A DNA stretch of 64,000 bases from Obrimoposthia wandeli (taxonomy: Eukaryota): positions 124,001 to 188,000 of the forward strand of contig CDROCS010000268.1 of the NCBI GenBank assembly GCA_977020255.1, given 5' to 3'. A model generated the notes under the pieces. That model was not told the origin of the DNA, made no database searches, and was given only the letters and a program-made list of their open reading frames with translations. Of the stretch, positions 14,441 to 28,791 are shown piece by piece (the stretch's first letter is position 1; the number at the start of each line of letters is the position of its first letter). A program made the translations under genes and the position numbers.

Positions 14441-15299
14441 TAATCGTATTTTCACCGTATTCTTTTTCACTTCAAAACTTTCCCAAGATTAATTTATTTC
14501 CTCAAAACTTTCCCAAGATTAATTTTTCTTTTTCAGATTTGTCTGGTATTTTATTATGGATAATCGTTTTAAATATATAAGAAAAATAAAACTAAAATCT
14601 AATAATATAACTGTTTAAAAATAAAATGGCAAAAAATTATGAGTTTCATGTTGAACTGCTGTAGAATATTTTTCTTTTACACTGAAAAATGTGTGGTATT
14701 TGAAGCAAACTCCCTTTTTGTAGAATTTCTATGTTACTATTTTTTCAATTTCACAAATACCGCATTTTTACAGTGTGTTATTAAAGAAAACTGCTTTTAG
14801 TACCAAATTATTTCTCTTAAAATATTAATATTTACTTATTTTCTAGTAAGTAGTAAATAAAATTACATACATTTTTCTGTTTTTAGCGTCTCCTGAAAAC
14901 CTAATTTTTATTATAATCGAAAGAAGCTTATCCTTGTCATCGAAACATTTAAATAAACTCTAAATTATTGTTAGCGAAGCTGGACAATTAGTATTTCAAC
15001 CACGAAAAGGATAAAATTGCATTGACTATTAATAAAAGCTAGAATTGAATTTGAAATGCTTTTATTTATTCAGAAAAGCTTATTTTTAATACGTTAACAT
15101 TTATAAACGATCTGATAACATTAAAATATACATAAGACACTGGAAAGGATAAAATCACAAAATGCTAAAATACTGAATAATTGAATCATTTTAAATTAAT
15201 TTGTCTAATATAACCATTATGTATATAGAATTATCAGAATATAGATACACATGAAACAATGTCGAAGACTTTCCCAATTAAGAAATACCACAAATAGTT

Positions 15300-15750
15300 T
15301 ATGTTGTAAAGGTTTGGTGCGCCGTTGGCTAATGTTGTTTTAAAATGCTATCTTTATTATATTAAGAAACTTCATATTTTGAAACTACATCTTCATCTAA
15401 ATATTTATATTCTTTACTGTTCTCCTCGTCATCATTTGATAATTACCTACTTTCGTAGAATACATCTTGAACCGCCAAATGAATTACATAAGCATTGCAC
15501 ATTGCACTACATTTCTGTAGACTGTCCGGTTTACATTCTTTGAACTCATATTCCAGAAATCATCGCTGGCGTGTAAATTGACAATCACATAATGCCTTTT
15601 TCGCATTGACGTCCATTCAAGAAAAAGGACAAATCGAGCACCTCTTGACACATTTCAGTTAATATATTATGTTGATTTGTCTTTTTTGCTATTACTTTCA
15701 CACAAAATATATTTGCATATTGTTTTATTACTCTTGTGAAACGGTTAGCC
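15300..15750 (-). pseudogene. hAT (Ac-like) transposase relic, central domain
   Basis: Minus-strand CNAYVIHLAVQDVFYES (C-x-x-H-x-I-H-L-A-V-x-D-V motif) at ~15452-15498, followed by an acidic linker. Confidence 0.6.
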
Positions 15751-16734
15751 TTTACTTGAATGTGCTTCTCTGATAAATTTGTTTTCTTTACTTTGGCCTA
15801 GCTAAAATCTATCGATAGCCAGCAAGTTACTTGGAATAACTGGAAGAATGTCCTTGAGACTTGGAAAGAGCCTTACTTGTGCCGTGCTGTACCGTAGTTT
15901 CTTTTTTACCATACAATTATTTTCCATCTGAGTATGGATAAGATGGGTCATTTGAATCGACACAGTTACTCTCTCTTAGAATCATCATATGCAATTGAAA
16001 ATGATGTTAGTATGGAGGCATAGTAAATTGAGACGTTCTGCAACAATTTCATCATTATTTAAAATCTCATCGTCAGGAACAATATCAGTATGTGCACATG
16101 GTCGGCCTGCCATTTCGAAAGGAAATTTAAAATTGGGAGACAGTAGGTGGATGTGTCCGGTCTAATCCACACATCCCCTCCCCCCTTGTCCTTTAAAACC
16201 GTGCATGTGTGTGGAGTGAAATTTCGTGTAGGTGTGTGGAGTGAAATTTCACTCCACACACATGCACGGTTTTAAAGGACAAGGGGGGGGCGTACCCCCC
16301 CCTAAAAATTTTTCGCGCCTTTCGCTGGCACCTAAGAATCGTCAGTAAATACAACTTATTTGTTCTGAAAGTAATTTTGTCCTTAAACTAAAATCAAAGA
16401 AAATTTATAGAAATATGGGTAAATTCATTGTAAAATGATCAATTATTTGCATTATAATTTGCATTATTCTAAAAATCCTTGATAATGTATCTTCTAATCT
16501 ATAAATTGACTGAAAATCGAACTTTCTAATTCGAAATTTACATTATTCAGAAAAATTACACAGTAAATTCATTTGTCAACTAAAATCCTTAATATAAGAT
16601 TCAACTTTGCATCTTAATTTACATTATTCTGAAATATACACGATAAAATGTATTCTAAAATGCATAAATATAAAATGATTAAAAATCGAACTTTTTATAT
16701 CCAAATTAGAATTTTTTTCTAAAGTGTCATAATG

Positions 16735-17172
16735 TAGACGTGCAAGCTACACTGTTGTCTGCAATGATTTCAGATGGATTATTAGACACATCAAAATTTT
16801 CTATAAACCATCCTTTAGCCAATACTGCGATAGGCAAGTTTAAGGATGAGAGTAAGCAATGTAGATATAAGCAATGGGTATTTTTAACGCTCCAAATCAT
16901 ATAGCTTAGAAACTATAGACGGAAAGTCCCAGATGAAAACAAAGGGAATTAGTGTTAAGCAGACTGTGCTACGCCATGCGAATTATTTAGCTGCATATGA
17001 GAGTGAACGAGTGCAACAACAACGCATTAGTTCAATTAATCACCAGCTCTATACCGTAAATATGAGTAAGATCACATTGAGTAGCAATGACGATGAGAGA
17101 AAATGGGTAGAGAAAAACCGGTCAGTTGTCTACGGACATCATAGATATCCAGATGATTTTTCACTTGAATAA
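16735..17172 (+). pseudogene. C-terminal fragment of Polinton pPolB (one frameshift near 16890)
   Basis: MISDGLLDTS, IGKFKDES, KSYSL, KTKGI, INHQLYT and LSSNDDERKWVEKNRSVVYGH align with the 40823-40275 ORF (MIADGLLDTS, IGLFKDES, INHQLYT, LSSSDDKRYWIEKNRSRAYGH). Confidence 0.9.
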
Positions 17173-17759
17173 TTGTTTTTGTATGTTTGAATTTATATGT
17201 CACAAATTTATTGTACCTAATTTTCTCTTTGGTTTAATAAATATTTGTATCCAATTCGTCTTTTTCTAAGTTTAAAATTCTAAAGTATAAAAGTTCTGTG
17301 TAAAATTTTAATTCTAAAGTATAAAAGTTCTGTGTAAAATTATTTTTTTAAACTATAAAAGTTGTTGTAAAAAATTATGTTGGAAATTTTATTTTTAAAC
17401 TATAAAAATTTTGTAAACAATTTTATTTTAATTTTTAAATTTTTTTTGTTTAAAAGCCATTTTTTTTGTTTAAAAGCCATTTTGAAAATTTTAAATTTGG
17501 CGCAAAAAAAATTGCGTCTTATTCAAATAATTAATTTTTGTAATGTTTTTTCGTGCCTGTAGATCAAGAATGAAGCCCGCCCCAAAGGGGCGGGCGGTGT
17601 GCGGTGTATGTTAGGGTCTTGGGTATGACACGGGTCGTTTACATGTATAGTTGTGAGGTAAAGTGATACTGTAGCGCATGTTTTTGTAGTTATTTTCGCG
17701 AGAATGGAGCCCGCTCCGAAGGGGCGGGCGGTGGTTTGAGTGTTTCGGTGGTGTTGTTT

Positions 17760-18192
17760 GTGGTGTGGCGTGGTGTGGCGTGGTGTGGCGTGGTTGGGTG
17801 TAGTGTGGCGGGGTGTGGTGTGNNNNNNNNNNNNNNNNNNNNNNNNNNNNNNNNNNNNNNNNNNNNNNNNNNNNNNNNNNNNNNNNNNNNNNNNNNNNNN
17901 NNNNNNNNNNNNNNNNNNNNNNNNNNNNNNNNNNNNNNNNNNNNNNNNNNNNNNNNNNNNNNNNNNNNNNNNNNNNNNNNNNNNNNNNNNNNNNNNNNNN
18001 NNNNNNNNNNNNNNNNNNNNNNNNNNNNNNNNNNNNNNNNNNNNNNNNNNNNNNNNNNNNNNNNNNNNNNNNNNNNNNNNNNATCCGTACATCGCCAAGC
18101 TAGTCTGTGACCTATATGAGAACGAGATATCCGTACATCGCCCAGCTAGTCTGTGACCTATATGAGAACGAGATATCAGTACATCTGTGACC
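17760..18192. repeat. GTGGC/GTGGT pentamer microsatellite and 46-bp tandem repeat flanking an assembly gap
   Basis: (gtggc/gtggt)n at 17760-17822. atccgtacatcgccaagctagtctgtgacctatatgagaacgagat occurs twice plus a partial copy at 18083-18192. Confidence 0.85.
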
Positions 18193-18857
18193 AATGTCGG
18201 TCCCGAGCCCCCCCCTGTCCTTTAAAACCGTGCATGTGTGTGGAGTGAAATTTCACTCCACACACCTACACGAAATTTCACTCCACACACATGCACGGTT
18301 TTTAAGGACAAGGGGGGGAGGGGGTGTGGCTTAGACCGGACACATCCACCTACTGGAGACAATCATTTTAATTAAATCCTTTTATATTGATAGAAACATT
18401 CAGATTTTTTGAATTTCCGACACTATTCTTTATGTCTACTGTAAAAGTCAATTGATATCAGTGACTTTTTGAATTTTGTGCTTCAGTTTGAATTCCTGAT
18501 CAGTTAATTTATTCAATATTTTTTCATTCCACTAGTACTACAGTCTGATTTAAGTCTGATTTATTTGCATAGATTGCACCTTACCAGGTTTTGAGAATCA
18601 TTTTCAACACTGCACTTGTTTTCTTTTGTATGCGTTTTAAAGTTGACATTTTTAAAAAATTAACTTTTTAATAAAAAACATAATAAATAAAAATCCATAT
18701 AGAGCAATAAAAATAATCAAGTTACATGTACAAGCAAATGTATAAATTATATTTTTTGATTATTCATAGAACATATGTAATTATTTATCGATAAATTCAA
18801 ATAAAAATATGTTTCGTACTGATTACCCTGATAATAACCCTGAGTATTACGATATTA

Positions 18858-19800
18858 CTAGGGTCGCAAATTTTCTGTAATTTAAAAATATCGGTTTTCA
18901 GTAAATTTCCTGGTTAAAACCGGTTTACTGTTAAGTTACCGACAAATTGTGGTAAAACTTAAATATCTAGTATAAAGGCTAAAAATGTTAGAAAAAAAAG
19001 GTAAGAATATAAACCAATAATTCCAAATTCATTTATAAAAAGACAAAAATCACAAAACATAACTAATAAAATTAAACCTAATACAAACTAAACATTTAAT
19101 AAAAAATTAACAATACGAAACAAACTGACTTTATGAAACAAAAAATATATATTGTTATTTAATTGATTTAGCTCTTTTACATTTTTGAAATAAGCTCGTA
19201 AAAACACATCATATCCAAACTTTCGTCGCTTAAAGTCTGACTTTGGTGGCGATTAGCACAGTTGCAGAAAAAGCTCGTTCCGACTCAATGCTAGTTGGTT
19301 GAACAGATGAAATATATTTTAGGACAATATTTAAATATTTTCCAGGAATATTTTGTTCTTCAAAATATTGCATTTTTCATTTTACAGTATTTAAGAGTTT
19401 AATTGATGTTGTGGAGTTACTTCTGAACTCTTCATAAACAATAGGACTAGTTTTTTTTCTAAATTGCTAATCTTAATTTTTTTCATTGATAATAATGGAT
19501 CTGCTGTTTCTGGTGTAGAAGTTATTTCAGTTTCTATAATGTCACCCCCAATTTCTTTGGTATCTTGATTAGTTTTAGACGAAGTTCTTGAGATTTTTTG
19601 AATTATTTCAACAATTTTTGTTGCGACATTTATTTATTATTGCGATTTATCATATTACTTACATATGAGACAAAAAGCCTTATTACTTCTACTGTTAGAT
19701 TAAACATATAAATATTTCTCAACAACCTTCTCATAAATTCTGATAATCATTGCAAGTTCTTCATTTAATAAATAACATTTCTTTAAATATCCCATATATC
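18858..19800 (-). pseudogene. hAT transposon relic: dimerisation domain and probable terminal repeat
   Basis: Minus-strand LKYISSVQPTSIESERAFSA...TKVR at ~19240-19330. A tagggtcgcaaa terminus-like sequence at ~18858 is followed by accgg subterminal motifs. Confidence 0.75.
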
Positions 19801-22800
19801 TGCATTTCAATTTTATGTTTGAAATTATATCACTAAGAAAAGAGAAGTATGGAGGTTGTAATTTATTTCAAAATTCAATTTTAATTTTTGTAAACCTAAA
19901 AATAAATATATACGTGGATTATACGAAATGTATTGAAATATAAAAATGAATTATACGTGGAAAAATGCGGTATATTTGATTACGAATGTTAATTATATTT
20001 TACTAAGTATCTCAAAAAACAGATATCAATCAACTATCAAACAAATTAGATATTATTTTTTGGACATATCAAATTCATAAAAATTATATTTTCGTAACTG
20101 AAAACTGTTAAATATGGTTTGAATCGCCCACAGCATATGAAATTTGATTCAATTGTAGTAAATGAAATGTTATTCGAGAATTCTTACTATGTAGTTTTCT
20201 TGCTAATTTCATTAAATTGTTTGAATGATATAATTGATACAATATTAAAGAAAATATCCTTACACATACTTTACAATTTCCTTGATGTTGATTTTTTACT
20301 TTTAATATTGCTTAGATACAAAGCTTGTTTGTAGACAATGCTGGAAATAATTTTTAAAAGGAAAATTGAGAATCTTTGAAAATACAGATGAAAGAAACAT
20401 AGGCTAACAACGAATAACTTTGAAAATCGATAAACTTAATTCAATAAACAGTAAAGGCATGTTTAGACTGCTTATGTGACAAAGATTTTCAAATATTGAC
20501 CAACATGGCTTTTGTATCAATGCCAAATTTCAGTTGCCACTGGGACAAAAAAAACATTTTAATTAATTTAAATATTTTAGGCAAAGAAACATGATTTAAA
20601 CTATCAGTTAAAGCAGTCAAATTTATTATGTTGCGCTTAAGAATTTAGACTATTTTAAAGATTACCACTGTGACACAGTTTCTTTACCGGTTTATAACTG
20701 CAAAACCTCAACTAATAATAAAAGCTCAGCTACAACTCTGGTATTTTACAGATTTTACCGACGTAATTAGAAAAGGTTTACATAATGGGGTTTACATAAT
20801 ATTTGAATCCGTTGTCACACATGTATAACTCATATTCAAAACTCAAACATTTGCACTAGCGATTAAAAATAAACACAAATATTTGTTAATAAGCATGGTC
20901 CCATACGAAAAACCGAAAATAAACTCGATTATATGTCAAAACTCCATGTAAACCTCCTTATGTATCAATGAAAAATTAACAGAATATGCGGAACAGTTTT
21001 ATATGCAACAAATTAGATATAAATATATATTAGTCATTTGAATGAGTTAACAAAAAATAAACTGAAAATTAGTTACTTTTTATATCGATAATGCCCAATA
21101 AAATAATTTACGTATTTCTAAATCTTACTATGTTTTAATAAAATAAAAAAATGAAGAAAAAGTAGTTTAATACTAATCATCTAATCTCTATAGAACTCTT
21201 ATTGAGAAACGTTTTCTTAATACATAAACAACAGATTTAAAAGGCAGAACATTAGTTAGATTTTCTCATAACAGACAGAAGACTAATGCTAAAAAAGGCA
21301 GAAAACATAACAAACGAGAAATTCAGGAGCTCTGAAGCCATTTGTTTAAACTTTATTTGACGTAATAAAAATGGCGTCTTATGGTTATGTTATGAAGATA
21401 AGAACTTATAATTGCTAGAACTGGAAATGGGTGGTCTTGTTAGAGGATTTTTCTAAAACTCATACACCAAAGAGATATATATTGAATATGCTATGTAGTT
21501 CAATTCAAAGACCAGAATGCCAGTTACTATGAACATCCAAATAACAATAACAGGAAGACAACGACAAAGAAACAAAGAACCTCAAAAGCTGTCAATCTTG
21601 CTACTGAAACGAAACACTTTTCTAGGAAAGCCAAAGCTGCATGTCAGCAACTACAACACAAATCCAATTCAACTTACAACCCATATAGCAGTTACCAGGG
21701 AGTTATCATAGCGTATTAAAATAAATAAATTTAGTTAAATTTTAAAATATTTACAAATACTGATGAATTCAAAAATCAAAGTGATGTGTCAAATAAGTAT
21801 ATGCTCATATGATATTTAAAAATAAAACTCCTAATGTGTACGTTAGAAAAATATTCACCAATCGATCCAATTCTTATTTCTAAACAAATAAATACATCAT
21901 AAAATAGAACTTTTATTAATAAAATTAGTATGAAATTTGTTGAACACAGGGAATAATCAAAATAATTGTATTAACTTATATTACAGGGATATTTAACCTG
22001 CAACTAAGCTTGCCATCTTTTGATATTCTGAAAGGTGTACAAAAGTATTTATTGCTTAGAATAAAAAAACGAAAAAATTAGATTTATTCAACAGAAACTT
22101 AACCAATTCTTTGGTATAACTCCGACAAATATATATAATAAAATATATTATGTATATATGTTTATTCTCGACCTTAGGCAGTGGTTTTTAAAAAATAAAA
22201 TAAAACCGATAAAATTTAAAAAGTATATTTAGGAAAATAAATGAATATATTGATATCATTAACCTTATCAATTCTCAAAAAATTTATAAAGTTATTATAT
22301 TATTTTAGCAAAGGTTCTTCTAATAGTTTGAAATTACTGAATTAAGTAAAATAAAACTGTTTTATAAAATAATATTTACATTACATAAAAAAANNNNNNN
22401 NNNNNNNNNNNNNNNNNNNNNNNNNNNNNNNNNNNNNNNNNNNNNNNNNNNNNNNNNNNNNNNNNNNNNNNNNNNNNNNNNNNNNNNNNNNNNNNNNNNN
22501 NNNNNNNNNNNNNNNNNNNNNNNNNNNNNNNNNNNNNNNNNNNNNTCTGCATTCAACCTGATTTATCAATAAATTTGATTTTGAAAATAAATTAAACTAT
22601 TTATTAATTTGAAATTCATAATATAATTTAATTTTTGAAATTTTATCATTATGCAAATAAAAAATAGTATAAAAACTACAATATTATTTTAAAACTTTAT
22701 TAATATTTAATATAATTATACGTTAAAAAAGTTTTAAAAAATTCTAGAAAATATACATTTTTTGTTGAATTAAATAATTTTTTTTAACTTTTAATATATT

Positions 22801-24312
22801 TTAAATTTTACTTGAAGAAATTTAAAATTTGTATTATTTCCAATAGAAGAATGACAATAAATATAATACATACTAGAATAAAATAATTTATTTTTTAAAA
22901 ATGATTGAAATATACATACAAATTAACTTATAAGTAAAATAAAGTGCTCAAAAAACTCATATAAATAATGAAGAAATATTTAATTTATATTTTAATACAG
23001 CTTATTTTGCTGAATATATATTAGATTGCAATGGGATGTCGAACACAAATATTTCCTCTTTAGCATTTTCCAAAAAAGTATTATAGTTGGATAAATCATC
23101 CAAAAAATGAGGAATTTGTGACTTGGGAAAATCAATATTTGCTGGTAATTATTTTCTCAACAAAAATACAATCGATAGTGAAAATCTGTGGATTTGGAAA
23201 TAGAAAATTAATAGAGCAAAAAAGGTTTTTATTTTTTATTTATTGACTAAACTTATAAAATAACAAAAAGATTGTCACGTATTTTAATGAAAAAATTTCA
23301 ATTGTTGAAGCGATCAAATTATAATAAGTAATGATTCCAATTAATAGTTAGTTAGTTTTACTTTTGTTTTCTTTTGCTATTATGATCTCTAAATATACAA
23401 TATTATTACATTGTTGTTAAATCGCCGTAAGATTTTGAAATAAAAATCTAAGATAAATAAAATTTTAACATTCAGAATGAATTTTGATGTAAATTAAAAG
23501 TCACCTGAAAATAGTTTATAATAAAAATTTGTGATATAAAATTCTGGTTATTCTACAATAATTAATATAGTTTAGAATTCTATTTTTGTTCTATTTTTAA
23601 TTGTTTTATCATGAATAGAAATTTTTGTAGATTGATTCATCTTTAATACTAGGAGCGTGGAATATTTGATATATCTAAAATTTTGAAAGCTTCAATTGAT
23701 GTAAATGTATTATATAGCCATTGACATAACTAAATACAGTTTTAAAGTTAGTAAATTACATAATATAGACCTAGATCAGTTATTTATAGAATAATAACAG
23801 TATCAAACTTATTTATTAATCAAAATGACGCTAATGATTAAGAATATGAAGAATAAACTGGAGTTAAACAGTGAACCACATAAATATTAAATTATAGTCT
23901 TGCAATTATTGGCCGATAAGAATATATTTGCTAAGAAGGTTGAGATAACACAATGTTCTTCTAGAATTGAGACACCAGATAACGGCTACATTCGACATAT
24001 TTTAAAGTGTACAAATTGTTCAGAGAACCATTCAAGGTGGGATCTTGCTAAAGTAGAGTGTGAAAATAACACAAACGCTGGAAGTCGACATTAGCCATTA
24101 ACAATATTCCACAGCATTCTCATGGATTCTATTTCAATAGAAAACGGAAATTCAAATCAGCAAAAGAAATTGTCTGAACAATTATCTGTACATCAAATCG
24201 CCTTTATACTTGAAACACGAGTAAACTATGTAGTAAAAGGTATTTGTAATCAAAACAGAACCTTGAATTTATGTACAAATTACAAATTATTAGTTTGTTG
24301 AAAGGGCCTAAA

Positions 24313-24556
24313 CAGAGGTTTCCAAACGTTTTGGAAAACGCCCAGTAAAAAAGGAAAACGTTTGTGCCCCCTTTAAAAAAATTAGTAACACAATTATAAT
24401 TCTACCTTAAAAAGTAGCTTCGTGAAATTATTGAAGATTACACTTTTATGGTAATGTTCAATAATTTTATTTGGAGTATCAAAATATTTTTTAATTTGAC
24501 CTTTTCGGAAAATCAGACGCTTCTTTTGGAGTCGCGCCCCACACTTTGGAAGCCGC
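24313..24556. mobile_element. Degenerate hAT (Charlie-like) MITE
   Basis: Left end cagaggtttccaaacg, right end cgcgccccacactttggaagcc. Flanks ggcctaaa / gcctaag resemble a TSD. Confidence 0.4.
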
Positions 24557-27500
24557 CTAAGCAGTTATAGGTATACATTTTGTTGCAAAGTAACTTTTTG
24601 TTATTTATGACTGCTTTGAGTAATATCAACATAATTATGTTTTATAAAAGTGCTTTTTTATTTGTATGTCTTAATAAATTTATGGTGACAACGTAAGAAA
24701 ATATTTTTTATTTATTAACATTGAGGGAAATTTAATTGACGTCAATTGACACAATCAGTGCATCTAGACAATTCTTAAATATATTTCCGAGGTTTGCAAA
24801 ATCACATCTAAAAATTTTACCATTACAAAACTGAAGTCATTTTAATAAAGTTTCCAATTTCAGAAGAAGAAAAAATTAAATACAAAAAAAGTTAAGAAAT
24901 TTAAAAACGCATAATTTTTTTTAATGAAAATTATAAAAAATTTATTTGTGTCAATTGGCACTACCCGCACTTTTAGTGTTAGTTAAAACAGTACAAACAT
25001 TTAAAACATGAAACTTCGATAGATTTTTTAAAATCTTTTGATACTTTTGTCGAATTTTGATATATAATCTTCATAAGTTACATATTTAATTCCAGTTACA
25101 ATCATAAGCAACCAAAATATTATAAGTTATAATAAATTGCCGCTTGATAAAAAATTCATTACTGGATAATTGAAATTAAATTATTATTATACAGCGAAAT
25201 ATTCTATATAACAATAACCGTTTTGAAAAATATTATAAATTCATTATACCTGGATTATCGAAGAATCAAAAAATATTGCTATAAAATTGTGAAATGAAGG
25301 TTTTGACCATAAGAAAATTACGAAGATTTTGAATGTTTCGTAAGCAACATTACCAAAGTTATTTGAAAAAGTTTCAAAACATGCCAAATGCAAATCACTG
25401 GGACTGAATATTTAGGTCTCAAAAGATGTACCAATGTCAACCCTCCATTTTCCTCTAAAATGCAAAAGTGAATTAAAAATAATTTTCAAGATAGACTGTA
25501 ACTAAAAAATTTGGGATTATACACCAGGGTATTTTGTAAATATTATTCTTTTGATAAAATCCCCAATTAAATGAGACTTAATTTTTGTATGTGTTTTAAG
25601 GGTTGGAACACGAAATCATGGAAATATATACTTTTTTAGACGAAACAATGATACGATTGTAAACATCCTTTAGAGTAACCCTCAAACATCCTAAAACATG
25701 GCTGTCAAAAAATGATATATATTGTCAAATATGTTTACTCAGAAGATGATGTATAATATTTTCGGGTTGCATTAGTTAAACCATATTGTTTAAAACTTGA
25801 ATATTGCAATTTATATCGAAATTATGAAATAAGCCACAACTACATTTTTCAACTAGACTTCGTCACATGCCATCAATCAAGAATTATACACGGATTTTTA
25901 ATCATAGTATCATAATCATTTATCCTTGGCTACATTCCTCACCGGATCTAAGTCAAATCAAAACGTTTGATTTACACTAAAGAGAAATGTGAAAAGCAGA
26001 AATCTAAAGACAATAAATGGAATAAAATTTATATGAAGAGTTTTATAAAATTAATGTAAATTACGACAAAGTATTATTGAACTGGTGAAAAGAATAAACG
26101 TTATGATTCTAATTTTCGATATACTCTAATTGGAATCTTGGTAATTACATAGATGTGAAAATTTATCCTGAAACTCTCAATCGACAAAACTAACTGATTC
26201 AAAGTGTAAAATTTCAAATTAGTGTTATATTGAAACACCTCGACAATTAACCTATTAATAAAATAAACATCTAAATTCGTTTCTATTTACTCTTTATATT
26301 AATTATTTTCGACTTTAATTTCAGGAGTCTGACTTTTGGTTATTTTTAATTTCAGAACTAAATGTACTAGAAGATTTATTAAATTTAAAAGTTAAAAGCT
26401 AATTTTTTCTAGAAAAAATTTGAAATGATTTGTGTAAAAAATAAAGTAGATATCGAATAAATCATTTTTAAATTAATTTAATATAATATAAATAACTATT
26501 CTGTATTTCATCTTAAAACAATATTTTATACTACGCATATTGATTTTTCTGAGGGAACTTTGGTGCGCTAGTCTTCCTTTATAATTACTTTCGTGGATTT
26601 TGAAGAATTAAAACTAGAAATGAATTTATTTTAATTAGGGCTGTACTTGTAAAATCATATGGTGAAAAGCTGAAATAAAATTTAGATTTAAGTTACGATT
26701 ATGTTATATTATTTTTATGTTCAATTGCAACTGGTAATAAAATACTCGTGTTTAACAAGAGAAGAGTTTCAGCATATAACTGTCATTGGCGTCATTTTAA
26801 TGGGAAACTTTTATTGATTTTGTAGATTGGTATATTCTTCCCAGTATCACAACTAATATAAGAAACTTCCTTAATACAACTCAGCTATATATGATTTTGA
26901 TCGGTCTGTTGTTCTAGCATCTTATTGCCCAGTGTCATTTCAAAATTGCAATACTATTAGGACACATAAACTACTAGAAAAGGTAATTTAAATTGAAAAT
27001 TGTCTATTAATACATTTTTACATCACGTTTAGAATGAGCTTATTACTTAATCAGTAATGTATGAGAAGTTGGAATAGGCGAATGCTAGGCCAGGAAATGA
27101 ACTGTTACTTTAAATGCTTTCTTCGCATCTGTGTATGGCTTGTGTGCATGTCTGGCTATATGTGGTAGCTAAACATGTGGGTTGTGTCCATACGTGTGAG
27201 GTAAAAGGTCAATTATGTTGAAATCGGAAGAGTGAAGTCGTTTAACACAATATTTTAAAGGAAGTCGTGAAAACAAATACTGAGGTTTCTAAAGTTATTG
27301 TATATCCAATTGTTCGTCTCATGAGTGTTGAGTGTTAAGTAAATGTACATGCAGTGAAAGAGTGTTGTTGTTTTACTTGGATATCTGCGTGAAGAGGTAT
27401 TGGGAAAAAACAAACAGTTTCTCTACCATTCCAGGAAGATATGTCCGAGTTGAATGTCAGACTTTTAGACCATGATTACCTCGAGAGCATGATTACACTG

Positions 27501-28039
27501 TTTAAGAAAGTTAATACACGCGAAATATTTGTTTGTTGGGATCATTCAGAACCAAAAATGAAACGAAATTATTTTAAAATAAATCATAATTATCATAATT
27601 AATTAATGGTTAAAATTTGTGTTGATCAGCACGGTAGCAGCGAATTACCAACTGAAACAAATATTGCTATTGATAAAGTTTATGGCGATGAAACATTGAC
27701 TACTAAAATCTTTTCAACATATTCCATAGAAGGTTGGAGACAGAAGCTGTAAACACACTTATAAAATTTTATAATATTATAATTTTAATAAATATCTTAT
27801 GAGATGTATTTCAATAAATATTGTTAATAAAAATATTTCTGCAGTCTAATTGCAACGAAAGGGAAAATTTACGCAAAATTAACTGTTTACCAGACCATAA
27901 AAATGCATTCAAGGATGTTAAAATAATGTATAATTTTATTTTTTTAAGGAAATATATTATTTTCATTACATATCAACTATTTTGATAAATGATAAAAAGG
28001 CAGTTTTAACGTAACGGGAGGTTAATTTTCAAATTCAAT

Positions 28040-28620
28040 AAATACAATGGCTTTGAGTGACTGCAAGTCTAGGAAATTTCCATCAAACGGCCAAGATATA
28101 TCGCATTTTTAATTTTAACATGACATTGTCGACCAATACACCGTGTGCCAAGGATATCATTCAAAATCTACTGGTCCATCAATAAATAATGAGCTGCAGC
28201 TCAATTTTGTTGATAAATCACAATCAGATCACTTCCACAAGTAAAGAATTGAATAACTTTGTTTAATATATTACAATAAATCTCACCATTTACAGTTTCC
28301 TCAAAAATATCATAATCAGCCATACCTCTGCATCCAAGCATTCCCCAAAATTTTAGACTCTTGGTCTTCCTACTTTCTGTTGAGTGTGAATCTTTGAATT
28401 CCCAACTGCCCGATTAGCTATGTTGCGTTTGTTAACTGTGCCATTTAAATAGAAAGTACCCCCTTCACTAAGTAGTCGAAGAAATCTGAATTTTAGATGA
28501 ACGTATGTTTCATTACTTTGCAAAGCCGAAGTCAACGATATTCATCATCAAAAGGCTCATGAGAGAAGCGAGGTTTTCAGGCTTTGCGCCAATATTATCG
28601 TGACGTATTCTTTGAACGGA
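28040..28620 (-). pseudogene. Degenerate Tc1/mariner transposase
   Basis: SEGGTFYLNGTVNKRN, WGMLGCRG, IFEETVNGEIYCNIL and IYQQN*AAAHY...RCIGR in manual minus-strand translation. Confidence 0.8.
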
Positions 28621-28748
28621 GAATTGACAAATATTTGCTACATGTGAAATTCTTTTTGAAACACCAATATTGGCTTCAAATATAACCCTTACTTTGTGGA
28701 CATTGTCATCTCCTCACCCAATAACTGGCTATCCTGTTTTAATAACTT

Positions 28749-28791
28749 AATAGGTAATAGGTAATAGGTAATAGGTAACTTTAATAGGTAA
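28749..28791. repeat. (AATAGGT)n heptamer repeat
   Basis: About five units seen directly. Confidence 0.85.

Larger units (their letters stand above)
16142..18354. mobile_element. Internally deleted, non-autonomous Polinton (mini-Polinton)
   Basis: Termini agtaggtggatgtgtccggtcta / tagaccggacacatccacctact. ~150-bp TIRs (16142-16290, 18208-18354). Exact 6-bp TSD GGAGAC (16136-16141, 18355-18360). Contains an internal pPolB 3-prime fragment. True length is uncertain because of the N-gap. Confidence 0.93.

Noticed and set aside
17523-18194. ORFs listed across the N-gaps (also 22362-22569)
   Set aside because: Artefacts of N runs and the pentamer microsatellite.
15300-19800. A single hAT element split by the mini-Polinton
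   Set aside because: Both relics are on the minus strand, but the C-terminal domain lies at the higher coordinate, which is the wrong order for one gene.
26700-27760. GC-richer, coding-like fragments (possible SWIM/MULE or other transposon relic)
   Set aside because: No motif could be read without assuming several frameshifts.
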